Origin: Octopus vulgaris
Taxonomy: Eukaryota
Assembly: GCA_951406725.2 (NCBI GenBank)
Contig: OX597819.1
Coordinates: 42,842,001-42,906,000 of the forward strand
Direction: 5' to 3'
DNA length: 64,000 nt
In this document: positions 41,144 to 53,040 of the stretch, in pieces
Layout of the letters: each line of letters opens with the position of its first letter
Position numbering within the stretch: the stretch's first letter is position 1
Program-made: the position numbers and the translations under genes
The notes under the pieces: model-generated
What the model was told of the DNA's origin: nothing
Databases searched by the model: none
Seen by the model: only the letters and a program-made list of their open reading frames with translations

Positions 41144-41902
41144 TTAACGGTTGACTTTATTTTCCATTCTTTTGGGAGTCAATATAATAATTACCAACTA
41201 AGCATTGGAGAGTCAATGAAATCAACTTTCTGTCCTTCCACTCCACAAATTTCAGGCCTCATGCTTATAGCAGAAAGGATTATAAACCCGTCAAAAAAAA
41301 AATTTTTTTTGAAATAAAAAAGGCAAATCAAGACAACATCTATAAAGGCAAATTTGAAGTTAATTTTAACTTAAATTCAAGAGTGCAAAGTGAAATGAGC
41401 ATACCCTATCTTTCTCTCTCTCTCTCACACATATGTTAAATTATGATGAATATAAATATGTGTAAATACATACATACATATAATAAACCATATATATATA
41501 TATAAAACTATACTTCCACTAATCTGCTAACAATCTGTTATCAGAGAAATACTAGTAATAGTAATACTAGCAGCAAAGGAATGGAATTCATATTAGTGTG
41601 AAAGTTAGAGAATTTATCAAGACATTATGGAAAGAAGAAAAAAAAAAAAAAAGGAGAGGAAACGGGTGGTTTGTGCTGTGTTGTGTGTGTGTGTGTGTGT
41701 GTGTGTGTGCATGTTGAAATGATCAGATGGAGGGAGGCATTAAATATAACACAAGAAACTATTTCACACACACACACACACATATACACACACAAAAATA
41801 CATAAGACTACAAGCGTTCATTGTTAGAGAGCAAGACATGTTATGTTTAATCATCAGAAAAATGGTGATATTGATGCCACAACTGTAAATGATAATGCTG
41901 GC

Positions 41903-41933
<31 letters not shown>

Positions 41934-42650
41934 AATAATGACGATTGTGATTATGATAACGATGATGATGATGCCACAATACCACACAAATGGAGTAATA
42001 TACTTTCAACTAAATTTCAGATGAAATATTAGTTAATATCAGAAAGTGGCAGGCAGGAGTAGTTAAACATCTGAAAAATTTACAATACACCCCCCCTCTT
42101 CTCCTTCTCCCACCCCCCCACCAGCCAATACATAATTTTTTTTTTTTCTATTAGCATTTCTTTAGTTATTCTAGTAAAATATATTTCATTACCATTTTCA
42201 GCTGCCTCCTTCTAGTCATACTTGGGAGTCCAATCCATCCAGAATTTGATACATGCCATAAATTAAAGAGGGAAGAAGAGGGAATAAAAGAAAACATGCA
42301 CACGTGTGTTTATGCACACACACACACAGACACACACACACAAATATACACACACACACACACACACAGACATATACACATACATACACACCTAGAGGAA
42401 TAGTCAGATCACTGTAGTTTGTGATTTCTATGTGATTAACAACAGTTTGCCATCAAGATTCAAGTTCTGTGTATAAGAATTCGATTTAGGGTACCATCTG
42501 GCACCTCAGATGCTTTTAATGGAGTCAACTCTGTTTTAAGCATTAAAACCGGGTTTCCAGTGAGAGGATACTTCCCATCCACCTTCCACCAGTCTTGAAG
42601 GCTCCGTAAAATATGACTGGGAACTACCTTTCTCATTTGACAAAATAATA

Positions 42651-43435
42651 GGCGCAGGAGTGGCTGTGTGGTAAGTAGCTTGCTAACCAACCACATGGTT
42701 CTGGGTTCAGTCCCACTGCGTGGCATCTTGGGCAAGTGTCTTCTGCTATAGCCCTGGGCCGACCAATGCCTTGTGAGTGGATTTGGTAGACGGAAACTGA
42801 AAGAAGCCTGTCGTATATATGTATATATATATATATATATGTGTGTATGTGTGTGTGTTTGTCCCCGTAGCATTGCTTCACAACTGATGCTGGTGTGTTT
42901 ATGTCTCCGTCATTTAGCGGTTCGGCAAAAGAGACCGATAGAATAAGTACTGGGCTTACAAAGAATAAGTCCCGGGGTCGAGTTGCTCAACTAAAGGCGG
43001 TGCACCAGCATGGCCACAGTCAAATGACTGAAACAAGTAAAAGAGAGTAAAAGAGAGAGTAATATATGGATATAGGTGAAGGTGTGGCTGTATGGGAAGA
43101 AGCTTGCTTTCCAACCACATGGTTCCGGGTCCAGTTCCACTGCAAGGCATCTTGGACAAGTGTGTTCTACTATAGCCATAGGCGAAGTAATTCATTGTGA
43201 ATGGATTTGGTAGATGGAAACTGAAAGGAGCCCATCACATATATATTTATTTGTGTGTGTGTGTGTGTGTTTGTATCTGTCCTCCACCACTGGTTGACAA
43301 CTGCTGTTGGTGTGTTTATGTCCCTGTAAATTAATGGTGAGGTGAAGGAGACTGATAGAATAAGTACCAGGTTTTTAAAAAAGAAAGTATTGGGGTTGAT
43401 TCATTTAACTAAAACCTCTTCAAAGCAGAGCCCCA
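42651..43435 (+). mobile_element. Two head-to-tail SINE family A copies (42651-43060 young, 43074-43435 older)
   Basis: Two tRNA-like heads, each followed by a CORE-like segment, microsatellite and 3' module. Confidence 0.92.
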
Positions 43436-43966
43436 GTCAGAGCTTTCAAGAATGACCATCCCACAAAATCCCCAACAGCCTACTTCTGTTGCCTCAGAAT
43501 GTACTTGCCAGCCCTGATCTTTGCACTGCCCTACCAGCTCCTGAAATATATATATATATATATATCATTGATAACACCTAGAAGAAGCTTCTTTTCCATT
43601 CACCAAGTTGAATGCAGTTTGGGCCAAAAGGAATTGATGCCATCAGACAGTAACCAACAATTATCAGGTGTTTCAACTCTGAACCACAATACCCTCTCAT
43701 TGGTGGGTCAGCACCAAAATATACATCTCTCTTTCTCTCTCTCTCTCTGTGTACACACAAGCATGACAGTGTGGTTTAGAAGATTTCCTCCTAGTCTTGT
43801 GTGTTCCTGATCCACTGTACCTCACCTTGGGACAAGTGTTTCCTACTTTAGCCTTGAGTTGACCAAACCTTTGCAAAGGAATTTGATAGACAGAAGCTAA
43901 AAGAAGTTAGTTGTACATGCATGTGTACGTGCATTTATGTTTTTGGTTGATTGGAGGTTGAAGATA

Positions 43967-44215
43967 CAGGGCTTTAGAAGAAATCACTCAACTTGTTTTA
44001 CACTTGTGACATTCCTAGGATCAACAATGGCAATGTCAGAGAATTTGCTTGATTGACATTATGTGTGGAAGTCAATGATGAAGAATTTTAAAATTTAGAG
44101 CAGCAACATTCATGCAATGGGGATAATGACCAAGCTGGAGCAGATAAAGATGAGATACAAACTCGATGGGGTTTTTAGAAATTTTGAAGTTGGAAAGCAG
44201 ATGGTAGTAGTTGCA
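43967..44215 (+). pseudogene. Highly degenerate non-LTR retrotransposon reverse-transcriptase fragment
   Basis: QGFRRNHST at 43967 resembles the LINE RT QxGFRxxxST motif. GKQMVVV near 44192-44212 resembles RKQRVVV at roughly the expected spacing. Stops and frameshifts lie in between. Confidence 0.5.
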
Positions 44216-44744
44216 GAATTCAACATAAAGATTGCAATATGTTAGAAGATGAAATGAAAATGTACTTAAGCTGGTATAGGATCATGCATAAAGAGAAGAT
44301 AGGAAGAAAAAATTAATAAATCATCTTTTTTACAATATTTAAAAGAAGAAATAAAAATATTTGCTTTTCGGCATATTTTGCATATTCTGATGAAGGTCAA
44401 TAAACGTGAAAAACAAAAAAACTACACCCAATTCATTAATTTTCCTACATTTACACATACACACACATTTATTTATCTTGTAACTGATGACTGCATGTTC
44501 ACAGTCACTGGACAAGCGGTCATAACTTGCGTCATCACCTAGAGAACACACAGTTGATGACCCCAGAGTAGCAAGTGATTGACTCTACTAAAAATAAATT
44601 AACCTCTGCTATAGTAATGAGTATCTTTCTTCCAATAATCAATACTATACAGACATATATATATATATAGGCTTGGCTTTGTGAATGGAGATTTATGGAG
44701 GGGGATGTCTGCATCTTTTACAGGCTTACTGACACTCGACAAGT

Positions 44745-45252
44745 CCAAATCAGGAAAAACAAGCACAATTGTAAGTTAATTCAGTGGATGTATATATCAA
44801 CCTATTGGATAAAATGATGAGTGAACTTGCAGTTAAAGAGCCGAGATTGGTCAATAGAGACAGGTCAATTCTCTTGCAAGACAATGCTTGACCACATGTT
44901 GCACAAAGAATGCTACTCAAGTTACAGAAACTGAACTTGGAAGTACTCTGTCATCTGTCATATTCACCAGACCTTGCATCAACTGACTATCATGTTTTCC
45001 AGGTACTAGACAACTTTTTGCAAGGAAAAGACTTCAAATCTGAAGAAGATGCAGAAACAACCTTTTGTGATTTCATCACCACTTGTTCTCCAGAATTCTT
45101 CGCTGCCAGCTTAAATAAGCTACCAATAAAACGGCAAAATTGTGTTGATAATTTAGGTACATACTTTGATTAACTGCATTGCTTTTTGTTGAGATAAAAG
45201 TAAAATAAGCTTTCAGTTCAAAATCAGACATTTCATTCTTAATGACTTGATA
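44745..45252 (+). pseudogene. Decayed mariner (DD34D, Hsmar1/cecropia-like) transposase C-terminal half plus probable right TIR
   Basis: Translation LDKMMSELAVKEPRLVNRDRSILLQDNA*PHVAQRMLLKLQKLNLEVLCHLSYSPDLASTDYHVFQVLDNFLQG...NCVDNLGTYFD* has the mariner (H/Q)DNA-PH and YSPDL motifs, with 34 residues between the catalytic Asps. An in-frame TGA replaces Arg. The element ends at a TA about 80 nt after the stop. Confidence 0.93.
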
Positions 45253-45899
45253 CATATACAGAAACAAATTATGTGCAATATGCATATAAGCATATCTATC
45301 TATCTACCTGTCTATCTATCTATCAGTATATCTGTATATATATATGTATATACCTGTGTATGTGTGTGTGTGTGTTCACGCGCACATGCATGCGTGTGCC
45401 CACACACAAGCACAATCATACACACTTAAGATGAAGCTAACCTATCTTGATATATTACACAGGACAGAAGGAGTGTCAAGAAACCAATTTTCATCAAATT
45501 GCTTTTTGTTATCTTTAACAATTACCATTAAGTGGTTGCCAGGAAAGCAATTGTTTTATTTGTTTTGTCTATTAATTGCTAAAGACTCCTTTCTAAGTAG
45601 GGTCTGTTGCTTATAGTAAGTACTACAATATTGATGCAGGACAGATAGCAGAAGCCACAGAACAGATTAGTGTTTCAGTCCCGAGTCCTGTGTTCAAATA
45701 CTACTGGGTGTGATTTAAATTTATCACTTCAAGATCAATAAGTTACTGTTGTTTATCCATCTCCCCACATTCATTCAGCCCTGGTTAGAGCCATTGCAGT
45801 TGTAACCATTCCAAAATATGGTTCAGGCATAATGTATCTGTCTGGGGCTATGTTATCCAATGTGGCTTCTTTTAACAATGTAGTGTGTTTTCAGGAAAA

Positions 45900-46110
45900 T
45901 TTCGCTGGATTTTGAGGAAGCAGAAGGGAGGATTAAGGTTAGTGAGGAAGGAGCTGTGCACAAGGGCTTTGAGGACCTCAGTGGGATTGATATAGTTAAT
46001 ATTTGGAGAGCTGCAAAGTGACTGCTGCAGGGAAAACCTGAGTGAAGAGTTAATTGTAGAGGACCAACTTCTAGGTTGGATGGAGAGGAAGTAGATGTAA
46101 TGCTTAATGT
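45900..46110 (-). pseudogene. Possible degenerate LINE ORF2 (pre-RT region) fragment
   Basis: Unique GC-richer stretch. PRSWSSTINSS...INPTEVLKALVHSSF loosely resembles the region upstream of LINE RT domains. Weak. Confidence 0.2.
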
Positions 46111-47139
46111 GAGAATGGAGAAACAATATGAGGGAAGAGGGGGAGCAGAGGTGGCCTAAGATCAACAATCAACCAACCAGCTCTAAGAATCAGAGAACCT
46201 TGTCATAGCAATAGAAAAGTTTTGAGAAAGGAGATAGCAAGCATGTCTGTCTTGCAGGTTTATGTTATTACATGGAAGCTCACAATAATATATAGCAAGG
46301 TTGATTCAGTGCCCCTCACCTCTTATCTTTGAAAAATTTGTTGTGGATTTAGTCAAACGTAATTTTAGTTCTTTTCTTTCGAGATTTCAATTAGTGAAGG
46401 AGAAAAACCCAACTTGATTTCTATTATGAATGGGTATTTTATTTGTTGAGCTGAGGTTACTAATATGAGAGTAGTTCCCGTCTTGTACAAGTGTGAAACA
46501 CAGAAATACAAAGACGATGAGTGTGAGAGGGAGAGTGAGAGAGAAAGAGTATACGAATTGAGGAACACAAATTAGACATTGCAGGATATCAAGATTGGTC
46601 TTCTATCTTGGCACCATTTCAACTGTACTTAACAGAACAATATACTATAATATTGATTCTTTTATGGAAGGTCCGGACCAAAAGCCATCAACATTGAACA
46701 TCTTTTATTTGTCATAGAGGGACGGACACGGATGGACACACACAGACAAACACTATTACACATTACAGATGCTGCTATACTGTTAGGCATCCTTAATCAA
46801 CTCATCTCTCTACCTCTCACCCCTCAGGATGTGCCCAACCCCTGCCTCTCCAGTCCAGCACAAAGCTCAATATTCGTCTTTTCTTCTTTCCCAGAACACT
46901 GGCCTTCTAGAAACTTCCTGTTTGCTCATTCATGTCTTTCCTGCAGGTGTTGCCCCGCAACAGTTTAAATGAAAACTATAACACAATGGTTCACAACTAG
47001 GGTCCATATGGCCTTTTGGGTTCATTGAAGATTTTGTTGTTAAAATTTCTGTGCCAATAAATTGCTTATGCTTCTACAATACACAAAATATTTTAATTTT
47101 TTATTTTATACATCTCAAATCACTATGGAGGTCTAAAAA

Positions 47140-47345
47140 CCTGTTTGATACCAACCCGGCTGAAACCACCTCTGGCTTTGTTTTCAAAAGTTCTCAATTA
47201 ATATCTTACACCAAATCTTGGTCACAATTTTTGTTCCTAACACTAGCTTAATGATAACTAAGTTGTTTTATTAAATTCTTTGTTATATTTAGAATTAATT
47301 GAAAGAAACACAGAGCATCTCAACAGAAATATGGTAACAAAAGGG
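47140..47345. mobile_element. MITE family 1, opposite orientation
   Basis: Reverse complement of the 4480 and 40923 copies, ending CAAAAGGG|TTAA. Confidence 0.85.
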
Positions 47346-47455
47346 TTAATGGCATCAAGCAGACTCACAAATCTAAGATGGATTGCAAAGCTCATGGGTA
47401 CTTTCCCTTTGTCAAAACATGGCAAGTAAAAATATGTAAATAAATAAATTTACAA

Positions 47456-47850
47456 AGCACAGCTGTGTAGTTAAGAAGCTTGTTTCCCAACCATATGGTT
47501 TTGGGTTCATTCCTGCTGCATGGTACCTTGGGAAGCGTCTTGTACTATAGTTCTCCAGGCTGACCAAAGCCTTGTGAGTGAATTTGGTAAACAGAAACTG
47601 AAAAAACCCATTGTGTGCTCACGAGCATGTATGTGTGTTATGTTTGTCACCCACTACACCTTAACAAATAGTGTTGGTTTGTTTATATCCCTGTAACTTA
47701 ACATTGCAGCAATAAAACTGACAGAACAACATACCGGGCTTGAAAAATAATAATAACTGTGGCTGATTTGTTTTCACAAAACCTTTCAACAAGGCAGTGC
47801 TTTAGCATGGCCGCAGTCCAATGACTGAAGCAAGTGAGAGATAAAAAGAT
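47456..47850 (+). mobile_element. SINE family A (older variant)
   Basis: Colinear with other copies and ends AATGACTGAAGCAAGTGAGAGATAAAA. Confidence 0.85.
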
Positions 47851-49614
47851 ATATCAGCAGACCTCTGATACCAGAAAACATTCAATGCAAGAAATAGAGC
47901 ACCATTTGAAAATGGACTGAAGATTTTCGGATATTTGGAAACAATGTTTTTTTTTGTTTGTTTTGTTTTTTAAGAGATTATTTACCTGTTTTCTTTTTTT
48001 GCTTGTTTATTTAATAACAAATATATCAAAGTCAATGCAGATGCTTTGTAGTGAGATGCATACCTGTATTCTTTTATTTATTTATTTTAGTTTAGTTTAG
48101 TTATCTGGGAAACCTATTAGTCTTGTTGAAGTTGACAACTGGAATTCCTAGTCAGGTGGAGTTGCTACGGCAACTTAGCACAAATTACTAACACTCACAA
48201 CTTTTTATACAGCAAGAATAAAAGCAAGTTTGATAAATCAAATCCTTAGAAAAGAATTTTTTTAAAAGTATACATATAAAAATATTACACACACACACAC
48301 AACACCCCCCCTACTCCCCCCCTACTCCAAAAAACATTACAGCAAGAAATAAACACACTTTGCAGAATGAGAATGCATTCACACATACACACACACACAC
48401 ACACAAGCTATAAATTTCAAATTGTGTTGAAATTCCAGTGAAAAGGGTATGAGAAAGTACAATTCATTATTTTTCGAGAGCAAATGAAGACGAAGAAAGG
48501 AAATGAAGGGGGAGGGGGGGTGAAGCAAGTGGATAGCAAGCAGTAGATAGAAGCAGAAGGATGTAGTCAAGAGGAAGAGGGGGGCACACGATGGTACTGT
48601 GCGCGCACAGAAAACTGCACTTTGTTGACAAATAGCTCAAATGATCTGTTCTTTTATTAATAGTTATAATTCATGTAAGCTTTATTTCAGCGAAATCAAT
48701 AAGCACTGAAGTGCCATGACTAAACAGCAGCGAACATATTGGTGGGGAAAAGAGGGAAGAGAAAAAGAAAGAAACAAAAAGAAAAGAAAAAAAAACTAAG
48801 CTTATAAGGGTGTTTGTGGTGGTAATGAGGTGGTGGCGGTGGTGGTGGGACAAGAAATGTATGAAAGCAAGCTCAGGTTATGTATCAGAGACTGGCAGAG
48901 GTGAGTGAGCAGGGGGAGGAAGAAGGAGAGAAAAGAAAAGGTGTGGGTAATATAGTGGTGGTGCTCCATTCTCCAGCACCACCACCACTATCATCATCGT
49001 CGTCATCGCTGCCACCATCTACAACATCATCAGTCAAACTGGCTGACTAGAGGAAAAGTGAGTCAGACTAAACTCAGCTAATAACTAAAAAGCAGTAGTG
49101 CAAAGATTCAATTTTTTGTTGGCAATCATTTGAACAGATGATGTAGATAGAGTAATGGAAAAAGAGGGGCAGAGAAAGAGAGAGAGAGAGACGCTGAGAG
49201 AGAGAGGCAGAAAGAGAGAAAGGAAATGAAAGAGGAGAGAGAGAGAGAGAAAGGGGAGCCGGTAAGAGAAGGAAGAAATAAAAACCTAAATAAGATCAGA
49301 TTCAACAGGTTTCATTGGAAATAGGGAGAAGAGAAATGACACTGCTCGTATGTATACACGTGTTCTGTGTGTGTGTGTATGATGTGTGCATATATATATA
49401 TATCAGAAAGCGAAACAATATTCCATAAGAATTGAAGATATCAGCTACACTTAGAGGTTTACATATACACGTCTTAGCCCCAGCTTTTCACTTTATCTAT
49501 CTATATCAGCCTATGATAGCAGCCAGGGAGCGGGTGGGTGGGTGTTGGATGGAGTTACTTACATGCCTTAGTCTGAGTTTTTGTAACTTATCTATCTATA
49601 CATCTTTCATTCTC

Positions 49615-49648
<34 letters not shown>

Positions 49649-50189
49649 ATCCCTTTCTACTCAGCTCATATTTACATACATTTCCTGCAAGGCCCACCCA
49701 CCCACCTATCCACCTACACAATGCCAGATGTACTACAATTGAATGTAATACAGTCAAAACTATCAGCTCTGACTTGGAGCCACTTGGCAAAGTTGTAAGA
49801 GAATCAGATAGAGTGTCTTGCCCCTATTCATTCTGCCTCTCTCTGCTCCGAGTTCAAATCTCACCGATGTCCCACTTTTACTTTTCATCCTTCCTGGGTT
49901 GATAAATAAAGTCTAGAACACTGGAAAAGTGGGACTGTTGAAGCTCTAAGATGGCTTGTAGTATGTATTGTCCACATAGCAGCAGCATTAATAAGAGTAG
50001 TAACTTTATTTGATTTTGTAAATGAACAATCTGGTGCATCTATTTCAATGGCCTATTAATGTATACAGTGAGTTTCTTTGCCCTAGGTATCAGGAAGACA
50101 CTCAGTAAGAAATGGGGAAAAAAAAACTTAAAGGAAGAAAAACTACAACTACTGCTGCTGCTACTACTACTACTACTACTACTACTACT

Positions 50190-50403
50190 AATGATCTTTT
50201 CTACTCTAGGCACAAGGCCTGGAATTTTGGGGAAGGGGGCCAGTTGATTAGATCAAACCCAGTATGCAACTGGTACTTAATTTATCGACCCTGAAAGGAT
50301 GAAAGGCAAAGCTGACCTCAGTGGAATTTGAACTGAGAACATTATGATGGACAAAAATGCTGCCAAGCCTGGTGTGCTAACGGTTCTGCCAGCTTGCCAA
50401 CTT
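50190..50403 (-). mobile_element. SINE family B adjoining a (CTA)n tract
   Basis: Full reverse-complement match. Confidence 0.88.
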
Positions 50404-50752
50404 AAATAACAAAATAATATTAACATTAATAATATTGCTTCATTAGAGGTATTCAAAGGCCCACCTTCTTCACATATCACCCAATGGCCCAATTCTGTTT
50501 CTCTTGTTGCAATCTGTTGGTTACAGGTGAAACAAAGTTAACCTCATCATCACTTCTTTCTATCTTTCCCAGTATTGTTGTCATTGTTGTTGGAGTCATC
50601 TAACCCCCAGATCAGCCTTTAGTGAGTGAATCCATCATCAGAGCAGTTAAAAAACAAAACTGCCCAGTACACCCTATAGTACCCTCTTCATATTGCTGAC
50701 ACTTTGTGAGTTCACAATACCCCTCCAGTGGGGGAGGGAGCAACTACTACCC

Positions 50753-50859
50753 AGAATGTCAGCAAGTTCAGTTGTGGTGAGTGCAAAGTCTAAAGTGCAG
50801 GTTCTTAGAACCTGCACTTTAGACTTTTCACTCATCACAACTGAACTTGCTGACATTCT
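50753..50859. repeat. Near-perfect 107-bp palindrome (53-bp arms, 1-nt spacer, 2 mismatches)
   Basis: 50753-50805 is the reverse complement of 50807-50859 except at pairs 50777/50835 and 50784/50828. Confidence 0.98.
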
Positions 50860-50984
50860 TCAAACCAGACTTTCAAATTCTTAGCTGACACAAACCATCA
50901 CTAATTTCTTTGAATTTAGGATTTGGTACTTACTTTATCCATATCAAAGATTTGTATCAGTAGATCTGAATCAAGGTCCATTTT

Positions 50985-51350
50985 GTTTTTATTCATTCCA
51001 GTTATTTGACTGTGGCCATGCTGGAGCACCGCTTTTAGTCAAACAAATTGCCCTCAGAGCTTATTTTTTTGTAAGCCTAGTATTTATTCTATCGGTCTAT
51101 TTTGCCAAACTGCTAAGTTACGGGGATGTAAGCACACCAACAACAGTTGTCAAGCGATGGTGGGGGGATAAACACAAACAAACAAACAAACACACACATA
51201 TATATGTATGGTGGGCATTTTTCAGTTTCCATCTACCAAATCCAGTCAAATGACTAGGGTCACAAAGAATAAATCCTGGGGTTGAGTTCTTCAACTAAAG
51301 GTGGCGCTCCAGCAAGGCCACAATCAAATGGCTGAAACAAATAAAAGAAT
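50985..51350. mobile_element. SINE family A minus-strand 3' part (50985-51250) abutting a plus-strand tail (51260-51350)
   Basis: TGACTGTGGCCATGCTGGAGCACC on the left and the related reverse-complement GGCGCTCCAGCAAGGCCACAATCA on the right. Confidence 0.85.
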
Positions 51351-52854
51351 GCATATTGTTCAGTGCACAAATGATTCTGCCAGCTTATCACCTTTTATTT
51401 TTTTCGTTTCAGTCATTTGATTGTAGTGTGTGCATAGTAAGGCAATTATATCAATCCCCTAATACTTGACTGGTACTCATTTTATCAGTCCCAAAAAAGG
51501 GTGATAGGTAAAGTTGACCTCAGCAGGATTTGAACCCAGAATATAGAGAGCCAGAAGAAACATCGCTAGCATTTTGCCCAACGCACTAATTATTCTGTCA
51601 GCTCACTGCATCATAGAAGTAAATAATTAAAAAAACTGCAAAAAAAGCATTTTTGTTTGGTGGTCTACTGTGTCTGTCATATTTTACTACTACTACTACT
51701 GCTGCTGCCGCTACTACTACCACCACCATCGCCGCCACCAACGTTGCCACCACCACCACCACTATCACTAACTACTATTGATAAGGATATTTATGATAAC
51801 AATAAATAAAAGAATAAGATTTAAATAATGAGTAAAACAAGTTAAGAGATTTTTAGGGAGATTAAAGGCTCAGAATGCAATAAAAACACAAGGGTTGGCA
51901 AAATTTCTGCAAGAGAGGAGCAAGCCTTACTGCCAAACATATACCAAACTCTTAAATAAAACCGAGAGGAATTTAATGCCAATTAAGATTTAATTGTCTT
52001 GAAATATTACTTCTAAAGCTGAGACTTATAATATTTGCTAACTTCATCATCATCATCAGCATCACCAAAAACTGCTAGTTAGCACTATATGAACAAGTTG
52101 CCGCTGAGATGAGACTGTGATACAGTTTCAGTTCCTGGTTAGGCCCATGTGCCAACACTTACATCAACTCGGGCCAACAAGAGGAAGTCTACACGTGGTC
52201 AGCTGATGTGCTAGAAATAGCAGCTTAGCTTTTCTTTAAGTTAATATGCTGCTGAGTGTGATTTAAGGAACAGACATAAGTAAGGCTGTGTTGATTAACA
52301 AGTTTGCATTGCAGTCACATAGTTTTGAGCCCAGGCCTACAGTATGGCACCATGGGTATTTTCTTCTATAATATTAGGTTAACCTCAACCAATGCCTTTT
52401 GAGCAAAATTTGGGACATGCAAACTATATGGAAACTCCCCCCCCCCTCCAAAGTACATACACATCACCATTATGCATTCTCTCCTGGTAGGCTGGCATAG
52501 AAAATGGCCAGCTAAAATACTTAGACATATGGTCAAGGGGTGTGTGTGTTAATTGGCAGTAAGTACACACTATGTTGTTTTGCAACAATATTATACTCCC
52601 AAGTTTACTAAAGGTTTACAAGTCAATATTGTGCCTTGCTTTTTGTGTTAGCAGTGCAATGTTCTATAGAATATAGAGCCAGCATTGCAAGTTACAATAT
52701 TTCACATACAAATATGTTTATGTATTCAATCACATTGCTTCAATAGATGCATTCATATACAAAACATCATAACTTGCAGTGCTAGCCCTAAATTCTACAA
52801 AAAATTTATAGATATAAACTTAGGAATATATATATCCTCCTCCTCCTCCTCCTC

Positions 52855-53040
52855 ATCATCATCATCAACAAACATCTGTTGTTCATGCTAGCATAGGTTG
52901 GACAGTCTGATCAGAGCTGGCAAGCTGGGGGTACTGCTCCAGACTATAGTCTAACTTGGCATGGTTTCTACACCTGGATGCAATGCTTTTAAGTGTCACC
53001 ACACAGGTGCTTTTACATGGCACCACTGTGAGTGCTTTAC
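52855..53040 (-). mobile_element. Family C retroposon, degenerate
   Basis: (CAT)n tail followed by CATGCTAGCATAGGTTGGAC and GCTTTTACATGGCACCA. Confidence 0.65.

Noticed and set aside
42651-42725. tRNA gene
   Set aside because: A/B boxes are present but continue into the SINE body, with no intact cloverleaf or terminator.
44480-44541. C/D-box snoRNA (GTGATGA box C on minus)
   Set aside because: No CTGA box D at a suitable distance and no terminal stem.
47898-47912. miR-29-like AGCACCATTTGAAA
   Set aside because: The match is limited to 14 nt, the 3' end diverges and no complementary star arm is visible upstream.
48952-48991. Hairpin ATAGTGGTGGTGCT…AGCACCACCACCACTAT
   Set aside because: Built largely from GGT/ACC simple repeats, so it is expected by chance in this landscape.
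50674-50884. Near-identical ORFs on both strands (MSASSVV..KSKVQVLRTCTLDF)
   Set aside because: A trivial consequence of the DNA palindrome.
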